Counted from the stretch's first letter, positions 23,786 to 33,997 are shown. The stretch is DNA of 64,000 nucleotides from an uncultured Actinomycetota bacterium (GCA_963749905.1 CAVVOF010000007.1:9941-73940), one strand, 5' to 3'. A program made the numbers and translations. Notes: generated by a model from the letters alone, not told the origin.

Positions 23786-24697
23786 GTGCCCGCCGTCGAC
23801 GTCCGCGATCTCGTGGTCCGCTACGGCTCGCGCATCGCGGTCGACGGCCTGTCCTTCACCGCCCGGCGCGGCGAGGTGACCGCGCTGGTCGGCCCCAACG
23901 GCGCCGGCAAGACCTCCACGGTCGAGGCGTGCGTCGGGCTGCGTCGTCCCGACGCCGGGTCGATCCGCGTGCTGGGCGAGGAGATCGGGCCCCGCGGCCC
24001 GGCGGCCGACCTGCACGCCCGGGTGGGCGTGATGCTGCAGGACGGCGGCCTGTACGCGACCGCCCGGCCGCTCGAGCTCGTCCGGCACATCGCCGCCCTG
24101 TATCCCCGGCCCGGCGACCCGGCCCAGCTGCTCGAGCGACTCGGGATCGATCCGGCCAGCCGCACCACCATTCGACGACTCTCGGGCGGCGAGCAGCGGC
24201 GCGTTGCCGCGGCGGCGGCCCTCGTCGGCTCACCGGAAGTGGCCTTCCTCGACGAGCCGACCACCGGGCTCGACGCGCTCGCCCGCCGGGACTTCCACGA
24301 TCTCGTCCGCGACCTCGTCCGCAACGGGACGTCCATCGTCCTGACGACCCACATCATGGACGACGTCGAGCGGCTGGCCGACCACGTCGTGGTCGTCGCG
24401 CGGGGCACGGCGGTCCTCAGCGGCTCGGTCGCCGAACTCGTCGGGGACGACGAGACCGTCAGCTTCCGCGGACCCATGCACGCGGACCTCGGCGGGCTGC
24501 GCGCGGTCCTGCCCGAGCAGGGGGACGTCCAGGAGGGGCCGCCGGGCAGCTACACCGTGACCGGGGCGGCCGACCCGCTCGTGCTCTCGGCCATCGCGGC
24601 GTGGTGCGCGCAGCACCGCATCCGGACCGCCGACCTCAGCGTGGGCCGCCGGTCGCTGGAGGACGTCGTCGTGGACGTGGTGGGGAGCCTCGAATGA
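23786..24697 (+). CDS. ABC transporter ATP-binding protein (ABC-2 type)
   Basis: GTG at 23786 (VPAVDVRDLVVRYG...). [29 protein letters not shown]. Confidence 0.88.
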   Translation: MPAVDVRDLVVRYGSRIAVDGLSFTARRGEVTALVGPNGAGKTSTVEACVGLRRPDAGSIRVLGEEIGPRGPAADLHARVGVMLQDGGLYATARPLELVRHIAALYPRPGDPAQLLERLGIDPASRTTIRRLSGGEQRRVAAAAALVGSPEVAFLDEPTTGLDALARRDFHDLVRDLVRNGTSIVLTTHIMDDVERLADHVVVVARGTAVLSGSVAELVGDDETVSFRGPMHADLGGLRAVLPEQGDVQEGPPGSYTVTGAADPLVLSAIAAWCAQHRIRTADLSVGRRSLEDVVVDVVGSLE

Positions 24698-25428
24698 CGG
24701 CCCGCTCGCGCACCATGGCCCAGGCCGGGTGGGAGACCCGCCTGCTGATGCGCAACGGCGAGCAGCTGCTGCTGACCGTGGTCATCCCCCTCGGCATGCT
24801 GCTCGTCCTCGCCCTGACGGACGTGGTGTCCACCGTCAGCGGACCCGACCGGCTGCCGACAGCGCTGGCGACGGTCCTCACCGTCAGCGTGCTGAGCGGG
24901 GCCTTCACCTCGCTGTCGATCGCCACCGCCTTCGAGCGTCGGTCGGGAGCGCTGCGCTTCCTCGGCACCACTCCCCTGACCCGGACCGAGCTGCTGGGCG
25001 GCAAGCTCATCGCCACGGGGATCGTCACGGTCATCTCGGCCGCGCTGGCGACGGCGCTCGCCTTCGCCCTCGGCTGGCGTCCCACGCCCGGATCTGCATG
25101 GGCGATCCTCGAGATCGCGCTCGGGGCGGCCGCCTTCGCCGCATGGGGATTCGTGCTGGCCGGCCTGCTGCGCGCCGAGGCCGTGCTCGCCGTGGCCAAT
25201 GGGATCTTCCTGCTGCTCCTCCTGTTCGGCGGCATCGTGGTGCCCGCCTCCTCCCTGCCCGGCCCGCTCGACGCGATCGTCGGCTGGCTGCCGTCGGGGG
25301 CACTCGCCGACAGCCTCACCGGCACCCTCGTCACCGGCAGCCCGCCGGGCGTGGGCAATGTCCTGGTCCTGGTCGGCTGGGCCGCAGTGGGCGGCGTGCT
25401 CGCTGGCCGGACCTTCCGCTGGTCGTAG
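24694..25428 (+). CDS. ABC-2 family transporter permease
   Basis: ATG at 24694 overlaps the ATPase stop (ATGA). 244 aa, six predicted TM segments. Confidence 0.85.
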   Translation: MTARSRTMAQAGWETRLLMRNGEQLLLTVVIPLGMLLVLALTDVVSTVSGPDRLPTALATVLTVSVLSGAFTSLSIATAFERRSGALRFLGTTPLTRTELLGGKLIATGIVTVISAALATALAFALGWRPTPGSAWAILEIALGAAAFAAWGFVLAGLLRAEAVLAVANGIFLLLLLFGGIVVPASSLPGPLDAIVGWLPSGALADSLTGTLVTGSPPGVGNVLVLVGWAAVGGVLAGRTFRWS

Positions 25429-25452
25429 CAGGACGCGTCCTAGGGTGGACGA

Positions 25453-26402
25453 GTGACCAGCACCATCGATCCCTCCGCCCCCGCACGGCAGTCCGGACGC
25501 TCACCGCGCTGGGTCCGCGGCGTCTACATCGCGAACCTGGTCGCCCAGGCCGGGATCGTCGTCACCGGCGCGGTCGTCCGCATCACCGCGTCGGGGCTCG
25601 GCTGCCCCACCTGGCCGGAGTGCGTCGACGGATCCATCACGCCGACCAGCGCGCAGGAGGAGTCCTGGCACAAGTACATCGAGTTCGGCAACCGGCTGCT
25701 GACCTTCGTGCTGGTGCTCCTGGCCGTGGCGGCCATCGTGGCCGCTCTGGCCGACGGTCGACGTCGGCGCGCGGGCGGGCTGCCGTCCCGTCGGGCGCTG
25801 ACCCTGCTCGCCTTCGTGCCGATCCTCGGCACCGTCGCCCAGGCGGTGCTGGGCGGCATCACCGTGCTGACCGGCCTGCACCCACTCACCGTCGGCGCGC
25901 ACTTGCTCGCTGTCCATGGCGATCATCGCCGGGGTCGTCGCGCTGGTCGCGCGGTCCGGCGACGACGGTGACCGACCGGTCACCTGGCTGGTGCCCAGGC
26001 CCGCTCGCCTGCTCGCGTGGCTGCTGGTGGCCGTCGGCGCGATGGTGATCGTGCTGGGAGTGCTGGTCACCGGCTCCGGGCCGCACAGCGGGGACGCATC
26101 GGCCGAACGGCTCGGGCTCGATCCGCGGACGATCTCCTGGCTGCATGCCGACGTGGTGCTGCTGTTCGTCGGCCTGATCGTCGGCCTGCTCGTGGCGCTG
26201 AGCCTGCTCCGGCCGGACGGCCCCGCGCTGCGGCGGGCGTGGCTGCTGCTGGCGGTGGCCCTGGCTCAGGGCGCGATCGGATACGTGCAGTACTTCACGG
26301 GAGTGCCGGAGGTGCTCGTCGGCCTGCACGTGCTCGGGGCCACGCTGGTGTGGATCGCGACGGTGTTCATCCCGCGCAGCGCTGCGCATCCGCGGCGACT
26401 AG
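25453..26402 (+). pseudogene. ctaA: Heme A synthase (COX15/CtaA), frame-disrupted as assembled
   Basis: The N-terminal 150 aa (…CPTWPEC…GITVLTGLHP) are in the frame of 25453. The rest (…SMAIIAGVV…SGPHSGD…HVLGATLVWIATVFI) is in the +1 frame. The shift is at about 25909. A second +1 shift at about 26375 is needed to reach the TAG at 26400-26402, which shares a CTAG with the convergent ctaB stop. Confidence 0.8.
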
Positions 26403-27364
26403 GGGACGAACGGCTCCAGCGCGACCAGCAGGAAGAGCAGCGCCAGGTAGGTGATCGAGCCGTGGAACAGGCGCATCGCGATGGACGTGACGTCCGGGCG
26501 CCCCGCATTGATGTGCGCGCGCAGCAGATAGGCCTGGCCGAGGAACAGGCCGCCGAGCACCGTCGCGCCGATTCCGTAGACCCAGCCCATCGGCGCCACC
26601 GGCACCAGCAGGAGCGACGTGGCCACCATCACCCACGCGTAGCCGATGATGCTGACCGCCACCTGCCTGTCGGTGCGCACCACCGGCAGCATCGGGACGC
26701 CGGCGGCTGCGTAGTCGTCGCGGAACCGCATGGCCAGCGGCCAGTAGTGCGGCGGCGTCCAGAAGAAGACGATCAGGAACAGCACGACGGGCGTCCAGGT
26801 CAGCGACCCGGTGATCGCGGCCCAGGCGATCAGCACCGGCATGCAGCCGGCCGCCCCTCCCCAGACGATGTTCTGCGGCGTGCGCCGCTTGAGCAGCATC
26901 GTGTAGCCGACGGCGTAGAAGGCGATGGCGACGATCGCCAGCGCGGCGGACAGCGCATTGGCCGTGACGAGCAGCACGACCGCGCTCGCGATGGTCAGCA
27001 GGGTGCCCTGCCACAGTCCCGCCCGGACGCTGACGATGCCCATGGCGGCCGGCCGATGGAAGGTGCGCCGCATGATGGCGTCGATGTCGCGGTCGTAGAC
27101 GCTGTTGAACGTGTTGGCTGCGCCCGCCGCCAGGGAGCCGCCGATCAGGACGCCCAGGGTCGGCCCCAGCGGCGGCAGCCCGCCGGCCGCCAGGAAGGTG
27201 GTGGGGATCGCGGTGGCGAGGAGCAGCTCGACGATCCGCGGCTTGGTCAGCGCCACATGGGCCTTGACGCGCGACGAGACGGTGACCGCGCCTTCGGGCC
27301 GCATGTCGATCGCCACCTGTCTCCTCGGTCCGCGTTGCTCGGTCCACGGCTCCAGCGCCCGCAC
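26399..27364 (-). CDS. ctaB: Protoheme IX farnesyltransferase (heme O synthase)
   Basis: 321 aa. LTKPRIVELLL…NSVYDRDID UbiA-type motifs. An alternative ATG at 27304 is possible. Confidence 0.9.
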   Translation of the reverse strand: MRALEPWTEQRGPRRQVAIDMRPEGAVTVSSRVKAHVALTKPRIVELLLATAIPTTFLAAGGLPPLGPTLGVLIGGSLAAGAANTFNSVYDRDIDAIMRRTFHRPAAMGIVSVRAGLWQGTLLTIASAVVLLVTANALSAALAIVAIAFYAVGYTMLLKRRTPQNIVWGGAAGCMPVLIAWAAITGSLTWTPVVLFLIVFFWTPPHYWPLAMRFRDDYAAAGVPMLPVVRTDRQVAVSIIGYAWVMVATSLLLVPVAPMGWVYGIGATVLGGLFLGQAYLLRAHINAGRPDVTSIAMRLFHGSITYLALLFLLVALEPFVP

Positions 27365-27420
27365 TCTACCGTCAGGGTGACCCCCTGCGGCGACGCGGCA
27401 TCGTTCGCTAGGGTCGGGAC

Positions 27421-29518
27421 ATGCCCTCCGCGAGCCGCCGCCGATTCCCTGCCCGAGCTGGAGTGGACGGAGGACGACGACCGGTCAGTCACCTACCTGC
27501 GCGCCCTCGCCATGGACGCCGTCCAGCGCGTGGGCAACGGTCACCCCGGCACGGCGATGGCCCTCGCTCCGGTGGCCTACCTGCTCTTCCAGAAGGTCAT
27601 GCGCCACGACCCGCGCGATCCCGCCTGGCTGGGGCGCGACCGGTTCGTGCTGTCCCCCGGTCACTCCAGCCTGACGCTCTACAGCCAGCTGTTCCTGTCC
27701 GACTACGGCCTGACGATGGCCGACCTCGAGGCCTTCCGCACCGCCGGCAGCCGGACGCCCGGCCACCCCGAGCACGGGCACACGGCCGGCGTCGAGACCA
27801 CCACCGGCCCGCTCGGCCAGGGCCTGGCCACCGCGGTGGGGATGGCCATGGGGGCCCGCTACGAGCGCGGCCTGTTCGATCCCGACGCCCCTGACGGCAC
27901 CAGCCCCTTCGATCACCGCATCTGGTGCATCGTCGGCGACGGCGACCTCGAGGAGGGCGTCACCTCGGAGGCCTCGTCGCTCGCCGGCCTGCAGCAGCTC
28001 GCACCGACTGGTGGTCCTGTACGACGACAACCACATCTCGATCGAGGGCGACACCGAGATCGCCTTCCACGAGGACGTCGATCGAGCGCTACCGGGCCTA
28101 CGGATGGGCCACTCACGCGGTGGACATGAACGACGACGGCTCGATCGACGTCGCCGGCGTGTACGCGGCGATCGCAGGCCGCCGAGCGGAGCGGCACCGC
28201 CCCACCTTCATCCAGGTCCGCAGCACCATCGGCTGGCCGTCGCCGCACCTGCAGAACACCGGCAAGATCCACGGCTCGCGCCCTCGGCGAGCCCGAGGTG
28301 CGGGCCACGAAGGAGGTGCTCGGGCTCGACCCGGACGCGCACTTCGTCTTCCCGGACGACCTGCTCGGTCGCGTGCGCGCCAACCTGCGGCACCGCGTCG
28401 ACTCCGCGCGCGCGCGCCTGGGATCGCCGCGTTCAGCGACTGGCGCGGCGCGCAGCCGGATCAATGCCGCCCTGCTCGACCGCCTGCTGGCGCGCGACCT
28501 GCCGGACGGCTTCGAGTCCGTCGTGCCCGCCTTCGCGCCCGGCAGCTCGGTCTCCACGCGCAAGGCCTCGGGCGAGGTCATCAACGCCGTCGCCGCGGTC
28601 ATGCCCGAGCTGTGGGGCGGCTCGGCCGACCTGGCCGAGTCGAACAACACCACCATCGAGGACGCCGCCGAGCTTCCTGCCGGTCGGCAACCCGGTCCCC
28701 AACGGCTCCCCCTACGGCCGGGTCCTGCACTTCGGCATCCGCGAGCACGCGATGGGCGCGATCCTCAACGGCATCGCCCTCGACGGGCTCACCCGGCCGT
28801 TCGGCGGCACGTTCCTGGTCTTCTCGGACTACATGCGCGGCGCCGTCCGGCTGTCGGCGCTGATGGACACCGCGGTCACGTTCGTCTGGACCCACGACTC
28901 CATCGGCCTCGGTGAGGACGGCCCGACCCACCAGCCGGTCGAGCATCTCTGGAGCCTGCGCGCCATCCCTGGCCTGTCCATCGTGCGCCCCGCCGATGCC
29001 AACGAGACGGCCGCCGCCTGGCGAGCCACCTTGCACCAGCGCGGCCCCGTCGGCCTGGTGCTGACCCGCCAGAACCTGCCGGTCCTCACGACGGACGCGG
29101 ACACCGTCCGCACCGGCGTGAGCCGGGGCGCGTACGTCGTCGCCGACTCGGATCAGCCCCAGGTCCTGCTGCTCGCCACCGGCTCGGAGGTGCGCTCGCC
29201 CTCGACGCGGCGGCCGCCCTCGAGTCCGAGGGCATCGGCACGCGGGTGATCTCGATGCCCTGCCTGGAGTGGTTCGATGCGCAGGAGGGCGCCTACCGCG
29301 ACGCCGTCCTGCTGCCCTCCGTACGCGCCCGAGTGGCCGTCGAGGCGGGGGCCACGCTCGGCTGGTATCGCTACGTCGGGGATCACGGGCGCGTCATCGG
29401 GCTCGACCACTTCGGGGCCAGCGCCTCCCCGGACGTGCTCTTCCGCGAGTACGGCATCACCACTGAGGCCATCATCGCCGCGGCCCGCGACAGCATCAGC
29501 GCCGTCGGCCGCCACTGA
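27421..29518 (+). pseudogene. tkt: Transketolase, multiply frame-disrupted as assembled
   Basis: Recognisable Tkt segments alternate between frames: MPSAS|AAADSLPELEWTE…GNGHPGTAMALAP…GDGDLEEGV…|LVVLYDDNHISIEGDT|ERYRAYGW…|LGEPEVRATKEVLGLD…|AW|IAAFSDWRGAQPD|NAALLDRLL…WGGSADLAESNNT|PSFLP…HFGIREHAMG…EDGPTHQPVEHL…ATGSEV|LALDAA…SMPCLEWF… The breaks are at about 27436, 28004, 28080, 28279, 28415, 28422, 28462, 28667 and 29193. Confidence 0.9.
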
Positions 29519-29538
29519 CCGACCCGAGGGAGATCCAC

Positions 29539-30652
29539 ATGACCAACGCCCGCATGCAGGCCCTGTCCGACGCCGGCGTCTCGATCTGGCTCGACGACCT
29601 CAGCCGCGATCGCATCGAGTCGGGGAATCTCGCCCACCTGATGGCCGATCTGGCCGTGGTGGGGGTCACCACCAACCCGACCATCTTCAACAACGCCATC
29701 TCCTCGGGCGCGCAGAGCTACTCGGCGCAGCTGTCCGCGCTCGCCGGCTCCGGCGCTGACGTCGACGCGATCATCCGCACCCTCACCACCGACGATGTGA
29801 GAGCGGCGTGCGACTTGATGGCGCCGGTCTGGACGGCCACCGGGGGCCAGGACGGCCGCGTCTCCATCGAGGTCGACCCGCGACTCGCGCACGAGACCGC
29901 CGCAACCATCGCGCAGGCGAAGGAGCTGTGGCAGACCGTCGATCGGCCCAACGCGCTCATCAAGATCCCCGCCACCCTTGAGGGCCTGCCGGCGATCACG
30001 GAGGTCATCGGCTCCGGGATCAGCGTCAACGTGACGCTCATCTTCTCCGTGGACAGGTACCGAGCGGTCGTCGCTGCCTACGAGGCGGGCGTACGCCTCG
30101 CCGCCGAGCGCGGCCATGACCTGACCACCATCCGCTCGGTCGCCAGCTTCTTCGTCAGCCGCATCGACAGTGAGGTGGATCACCGGCTGACGGCGATCGG
30201 GAGCCCCGAAGCGCAGGCACTCCTGGGCACGGCGGCCATCGCGACGGCGCGCGAGGTCTGGCAGGAGCACCTGACCGGCCGGCAGGCACCCGACTGGACG
30301 GCGCTCGAGCGCGCGGGCGCCCACGTCCAGCGCCCGCTGTGGGCCTCGACCGGCGTCAAGAACCCGGACTACGACCCGACCCGCTACGTCGTCGAGCTGG
30401 TGGCCGACGGCTGCGTGAACACCATGCCCGAGGCCACGCTCGACGCGGTGGCCGCCGCCGGGGAGGTCCGCGGCGACACCCTCGCCGGCACCTCGGCCGG
30501 CGGCGACCGCCACCTGGGCCAGCCTGCAGGCCGCCGGCATCGACGCGGACGACGTCTTCGCAGTGCTCGAGCGTGAGGGCGTCGAGAAGTTCATCGCCTC
30601 CTGGGAGGACCTGCGGCAGACCGTGGCGGCCGCCGCCGGGCTCTCCGCATGA
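29539..30652 (+). pseudogene. tal: Transaldolase (actinobacterial long form), one frameshift as assembled
   Basis: [23 protein letters not shown]… is intact up to …[12 protein letters not shown]. An extra C at about 30508 shifts the frame. The true C-terminus [35 protein letters not shown]… ends at the TGA at 30650-30652. Confidence 0.88.
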
Positions 30653-32197
30653 GTCGGCATCCGCACCCACCGGGCGCCGGCAACCCGCTCAGGAGCCCAC
30701 TGGACCAGCGCGTCCCCCGAGTGGCCGGACCGTGCGGCAGTCGTCCTGTTCGGCGTCACCGGCGACCTGTCGCGCAAGAAGGTCATGCCGGCCATCTACG
30801 ACCTCGCGAACCGCGGGCTGCTGCCGCCCGGCTTCGCCCTCGTGGGCTTCGCGCGGCGGGACTGGGAGGACCAGGACTTCGCCCAGATCGTGCACGACTC
30901 GGTGCGCGAGCACGCCCGCACCCCGTTCCGAGAGGAGGTGTGGCAGCAGCTCTCCGAGGGCATCCGCTTCGTGGCCGGCGACCTCGGCGATCAGGACGCC
31001 TACCTGCGGCTGAAGGGCGTGGTGGACGACCTCGACGCCACGCGCGGCACGGGCGGCAACCACGCCTTCTACCTGTCCATCCCGCCGGGACTGTTCCCCG
31101 TGGTGCTCGAGAACCTCAGGTCGTCCGGGCTGGCGGAGGACCGCCCCGACCGCTGGCGCCGGGTGGTCATCGAGAAGCCCTTCGGGCACGACCTCGACAG
31201 CGCCATCGCCCTCAATTCCCTCGTCGACTCGGTCTTCCCGGCCGGTTCGGTCTTCCGCATCGACCACTACCTCGGCAAGGAGACCGTCCAGAACATCCTG
31301 GCGGTTCGCTTCGCCAACACCATGTTCGAGCCACTGTGGAACTCGCACTACGTCGACAACGTGCAGATCACCATGGCGGAGGACATCGGCATCGCCGGCC
31401 GCGCCGGCTACTACGACGGCATCGGCGCGGCTCGCGACGTCATCCAGAACCACCTCCTCCAGCTGCTCGCCCTGACCGCCATGGAGGAGCCGCTCACCCT
31501 GTCCCCCGCAGACGTCCGCGTGGAGAAGGAGAAGGTGCTGCGCGCCGTCTCCCTCCCCCGCGAGATCGGCAAGCACTCGAGCCGCGGGCAGTACGCCGAC
31601 GGCTGGCAGGGCGGGCTCCCGGTCCTGGGCTACCTGCATGAGGACGGCATCTCCCCCGAGAGCACCACTGAGACCTACGCCGCCATCCGCGTCGACGTCG
31701 ACAACCGACGATGGGCGGGCGTCCCGTTCTACCTCCGGACCGGCAAGCGGCTGGGCCGGCGAGTGACCGAGATCGCCGTCGTCTTCAAGCGCGCCCCGCA
31801 CCTGCCCTTCGCAGACTCGATGGTCGAGGAGCTCGGCAACAACGCCTTCGTCTTCCGCATCCAGCCGGACGAGGGCATCACGGTGCGCTTCGGCTCGAAG
31901 GTGCCCAACACCACCTCGGGCCAGGTGCGCGACGTGAACATGGACTTCCAGTACGGGGAGTCGTTCGTCGACAGCAGCCCCGAGGCCTACGAGCGGCTGA
32001 TCCTCGACGTCCTCCTCGGCGATCCGCCGCTGTTCCCGCGCCGCGAGGAGGTGGAGCTCTCCTGGGGGATCCTCGACCCGGTGCTGGACTACTGGGCCGG
32101 GCACGGCAAGCCCGAGCAGTACGCGTCCGGCGGCTGGGGACCCGAGTCCTCCTACGAGATGGTCGCGCGCGACGGTCGCATGTGGAGGAGACCATGA
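30649..32197 (+). pseudogene. zwf: Glucose-6-phosphate dehydrogenase, one frameshift as assembled
   Basis: ATG at 30649 (ATGA overlap with the tal stop) gives MSRHPHPPGAGNPLRSPLDQRVPRVAGPC. An extra G at about 30736 shifts the frame. It continues as AVVLFGVTGDLSRKKVMPAIYDL… (ORF 30785-32197). Confidence 0.88.
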
Positions 32198-32225
32198 GCA
32201 CCGCAACCCGATCCGAGGAGACGCC

Positions 32226-33125
32226 GTGATCCGGCTCGAGGACACCAGCGGGGGTGCGATCGCCGCCGCGATCGCATCGGAGCGCCATCGCATGGGGTCG
32301 CCGGCCACCGGCATGGTGCTGACGCTGCTCATCCTCACCGACGAGGAGACGCAGTCGGACGCCACGTCGGCTGCGGTCGCGGCCGCCCGCCAGCACCCGA
32401 TGCGGATCGTCACGCTGATCCCCCGCGCCACGTCCCAGCCCTCGCGCATCGACGCCGAGGTGTCCGTGGGCGGCGACGACGGTCCCGGCGAGGTGGCCGT
32501 CATCCGCCTGCGCGGCGACCGGGCTGCGCATGCGAACTCAGTAGCCATCCCGCTGCTGCTGAGTGACACGCCGGTCATCGCCTACTGGCCGCACGAGTGC
32601 CCCGACGTACCCGACGACGATCCGATCGGCCGCCATGCGCAGCGCCGGATCACCGACGCCGCGATGTCCGACGATCCGATCGTCGAGCTGCGGCGGCGGC
32701 GCGACGGATACCGTCCCGGGGACACCGATCTGACGTGGACCCGTCTCACGCCCTGGCGCACCGTGCTCGCGTCGATGCTCGATCAGCCGTTCGGGCACAT
32801 CACCTCCGGCGTGGTCAAAGCGGAGGACGGCAACCCGAGTGCCCTGCTGCTGATGCTGTGGCTCCAGCACGCGCTCCGGGTGCCGATCGTGCTGATGCCC
32901 GGCGAGAGTCCCGGCATCAACGAGGTGCGGCTGACCACAGCGGACGGCGACCTCGTCGCGGCGCGGGACACGGAGGCGAGCGGGTACCTGTCCCGCCCGG
33001 GCCTGCCGGACGCCCGCATCGCGATCCACCGGCGCGACCTGGCCGAACTGCTGAGTGAGGAGCTGCGTCGCCTCGATCCCGACGATCTCTTCGGCGAGGT
33101 CCTGGCCCTGGTCCCCGACGTATGA
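32226..33125 (+). CDS. opcA: Glucose-6-phosphate dehydrogenase assembly protein OpcA
   Basis: 299 aa, GTG start. MIRLEDTSGGAIAAAI…GMVLTLLILTDEE. Follows zwf. Confidence 0.88.
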   Translation: MIRLEDTSGGAIAAAIASERHRMGSPATGMVLTLLILTDEETQSDATSAAVAAARQHPMRIVTLIPRATSQPSRIDAEVSVGGDDGPGEVAVIRLRGDRAAHANSVAIPLLLSDTPVIAYWPHECPDVPDDDPIGRHAQRRITDAAMSDDPIVELRRRRDGYRPGDTDLTWTRLTPWRTVLASMLDQPFGHITSGVVKAEDGNPSALLLMLWLQHALRVPIVLMPGESPGINEVRLTTADGDLVAARDTEASGYLSRPGLPDARIAIHRRDLAELLSEELRRLDPDDLFGEVLALVPDV

Positions 33126-33898
33126 GCGTCGTAGAGGTCGTCCGGCACCCGGATGCGCAGGCACTCGCCGAGGCCGTCTCCGGGCGACTGATCACCACCC
33201 TCGTCGAGACGATCGCTGCGAGCGGACGCGCGGATGTCTGCCTGACCGGCGGCGGCATCGGCACCGCGGTGCTCGCGGCCACCGGCAGCAGCACCGGCCG
33301 CGACGCCGTGGACTGGGAGCGCGTGCACGTGTGGTGGGGCGACGAGCGCTACCTGCCCGAGGGAGATCCCGAGCGGAACGAGACGTCAGCCCGCGCCGCC
33401 CTGCTGGATCACGTGCCGTTGCCGGTCGCGAACGTGCACGCCATCCCGGGCCCGGACCGCAGCGACGGCGATGTGGACCGCGCGGCCGCCGACTACGCCG
33501 CCCAACTCCGGTCCGCCGCCCGTCCCGAGGACCACGCGGACGTGCCGTCGATGGACGTGCTGCTGCTGGGCATTGGTCCCGATGCGCATGTCGCGTCGCT
33601 GTTCCCCGGCCAGCCGGCCCTGCATGACGAGCGGCCGGTCACGGCCGTCCGCGGCGCGCCCAAGCCGCCGCCGACGCGCATCACCTTGACCATGGCGGCG
33701 ATCAACGCGGCTCGCGAGGCGTGGATCCTGGCGTCCGGCGGGGAGAAGGCCACGGCCGTCCGGCTGGCCCTCAGCGAGGGCGCCGGCTCGTTCCAGGTGC
33801 CCGCCGCCGGCGTACGCGGCCGGGAGCGGACGCTGTTCCTGGTGGATGAGGCCGCGGCGAGCGCGCTGCCGCCCGGTATGGCACGCCCCGGCGCCTAG
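33122..33898 (+). CDS. pgl: 6-phosphogluconolactonase
   Basis: 258 aa. …LTGGGIG…WWGDERYLP…LLLGIGPDAHVASLFP…. Confidence 0.9.
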   Translation: MSVVEVVRHPDAQALAEAVSGRLITTLVETIAASGRADVCLTGGGIGTAVLAATGSSTGRDAVDWERVHVWWGDERYLPEGDPERNETSARAALLDHVPLPVANVHAIPGPDRSDGDVDRAAADYAAQLRSAARPEDHADVPSMDVLLLGIGPDAHVASLFPGQPALHDERPVTAVRGAPKPPPTRITLTMAAINAAREAWILASGGEKATAVRLALSEGAGSFQVPAAGVRGRERTLFLVDEAAASALPPGMARPGA

Positions 33899-33905
33899 CC
33901 GCAGC

Positions 33906-33997
33906 CAGATTTGCACCGCTTCCCGGTTCAAATAGCGGGCATAACGGACGTATCGCCCGCGGAATGCAGATTTGAACCGGGAAGCGGTGCAAATCTG
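33906..33997. repeat. 92-nt AT-rich palindromic element with perfect 28-bp arms and a 36-nt centre carrying its own hairpin
   Basis: 33906-33933 (CAGATTTGCACCGCTTCCCGGTTCAAAT) is the exact reverse complement of 33970-33997. Inner stem 33935-33940/33955-33960. Lies between the convergent pgl and rbpA stops. Confidence 0.9.

Noticed and set aside
25916-28129. 737-aa ORF spanning the ctaA 3' part, antisense ctaB and the tkt 5' part.
   Set aside because: It is a concatenation artefact. It is in frame with the shifted ctaA tail, then antisense to ctaB, then in frame with the shifted tkt N-terminus. It is not a single gene.
30649-31641. 330-aa Arg/Pro-rich ORF starting at the tal stop.
   Set aside because: Only its first 29 codons are real (the Zwf N-terminus). 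The rest is zwf read out of frame after the extra base at about 30736.
32194-32229. 11-codon mini-ORF (MSTATRSEETP) coupling the zwf stop (ATGA) to the opcA start (GTGA), possibly a frameshifted longer OpcA N-terminus.
   Set aside because: OpcA orthologues begin with MI..L.DT…, matching the GTG at 32226. The mini-ORF may still be a coupling ORF, but there is no evidence beyond the overlaps.
33906-33997. tRNA or tRNA fragment, because of the T-loop-like GGTTCAAAT in the inverted repeat.
   Set aside because: There is no complementary T-stem, acceptor stem or anticodon arm. The sequence is a simple long palindrome.
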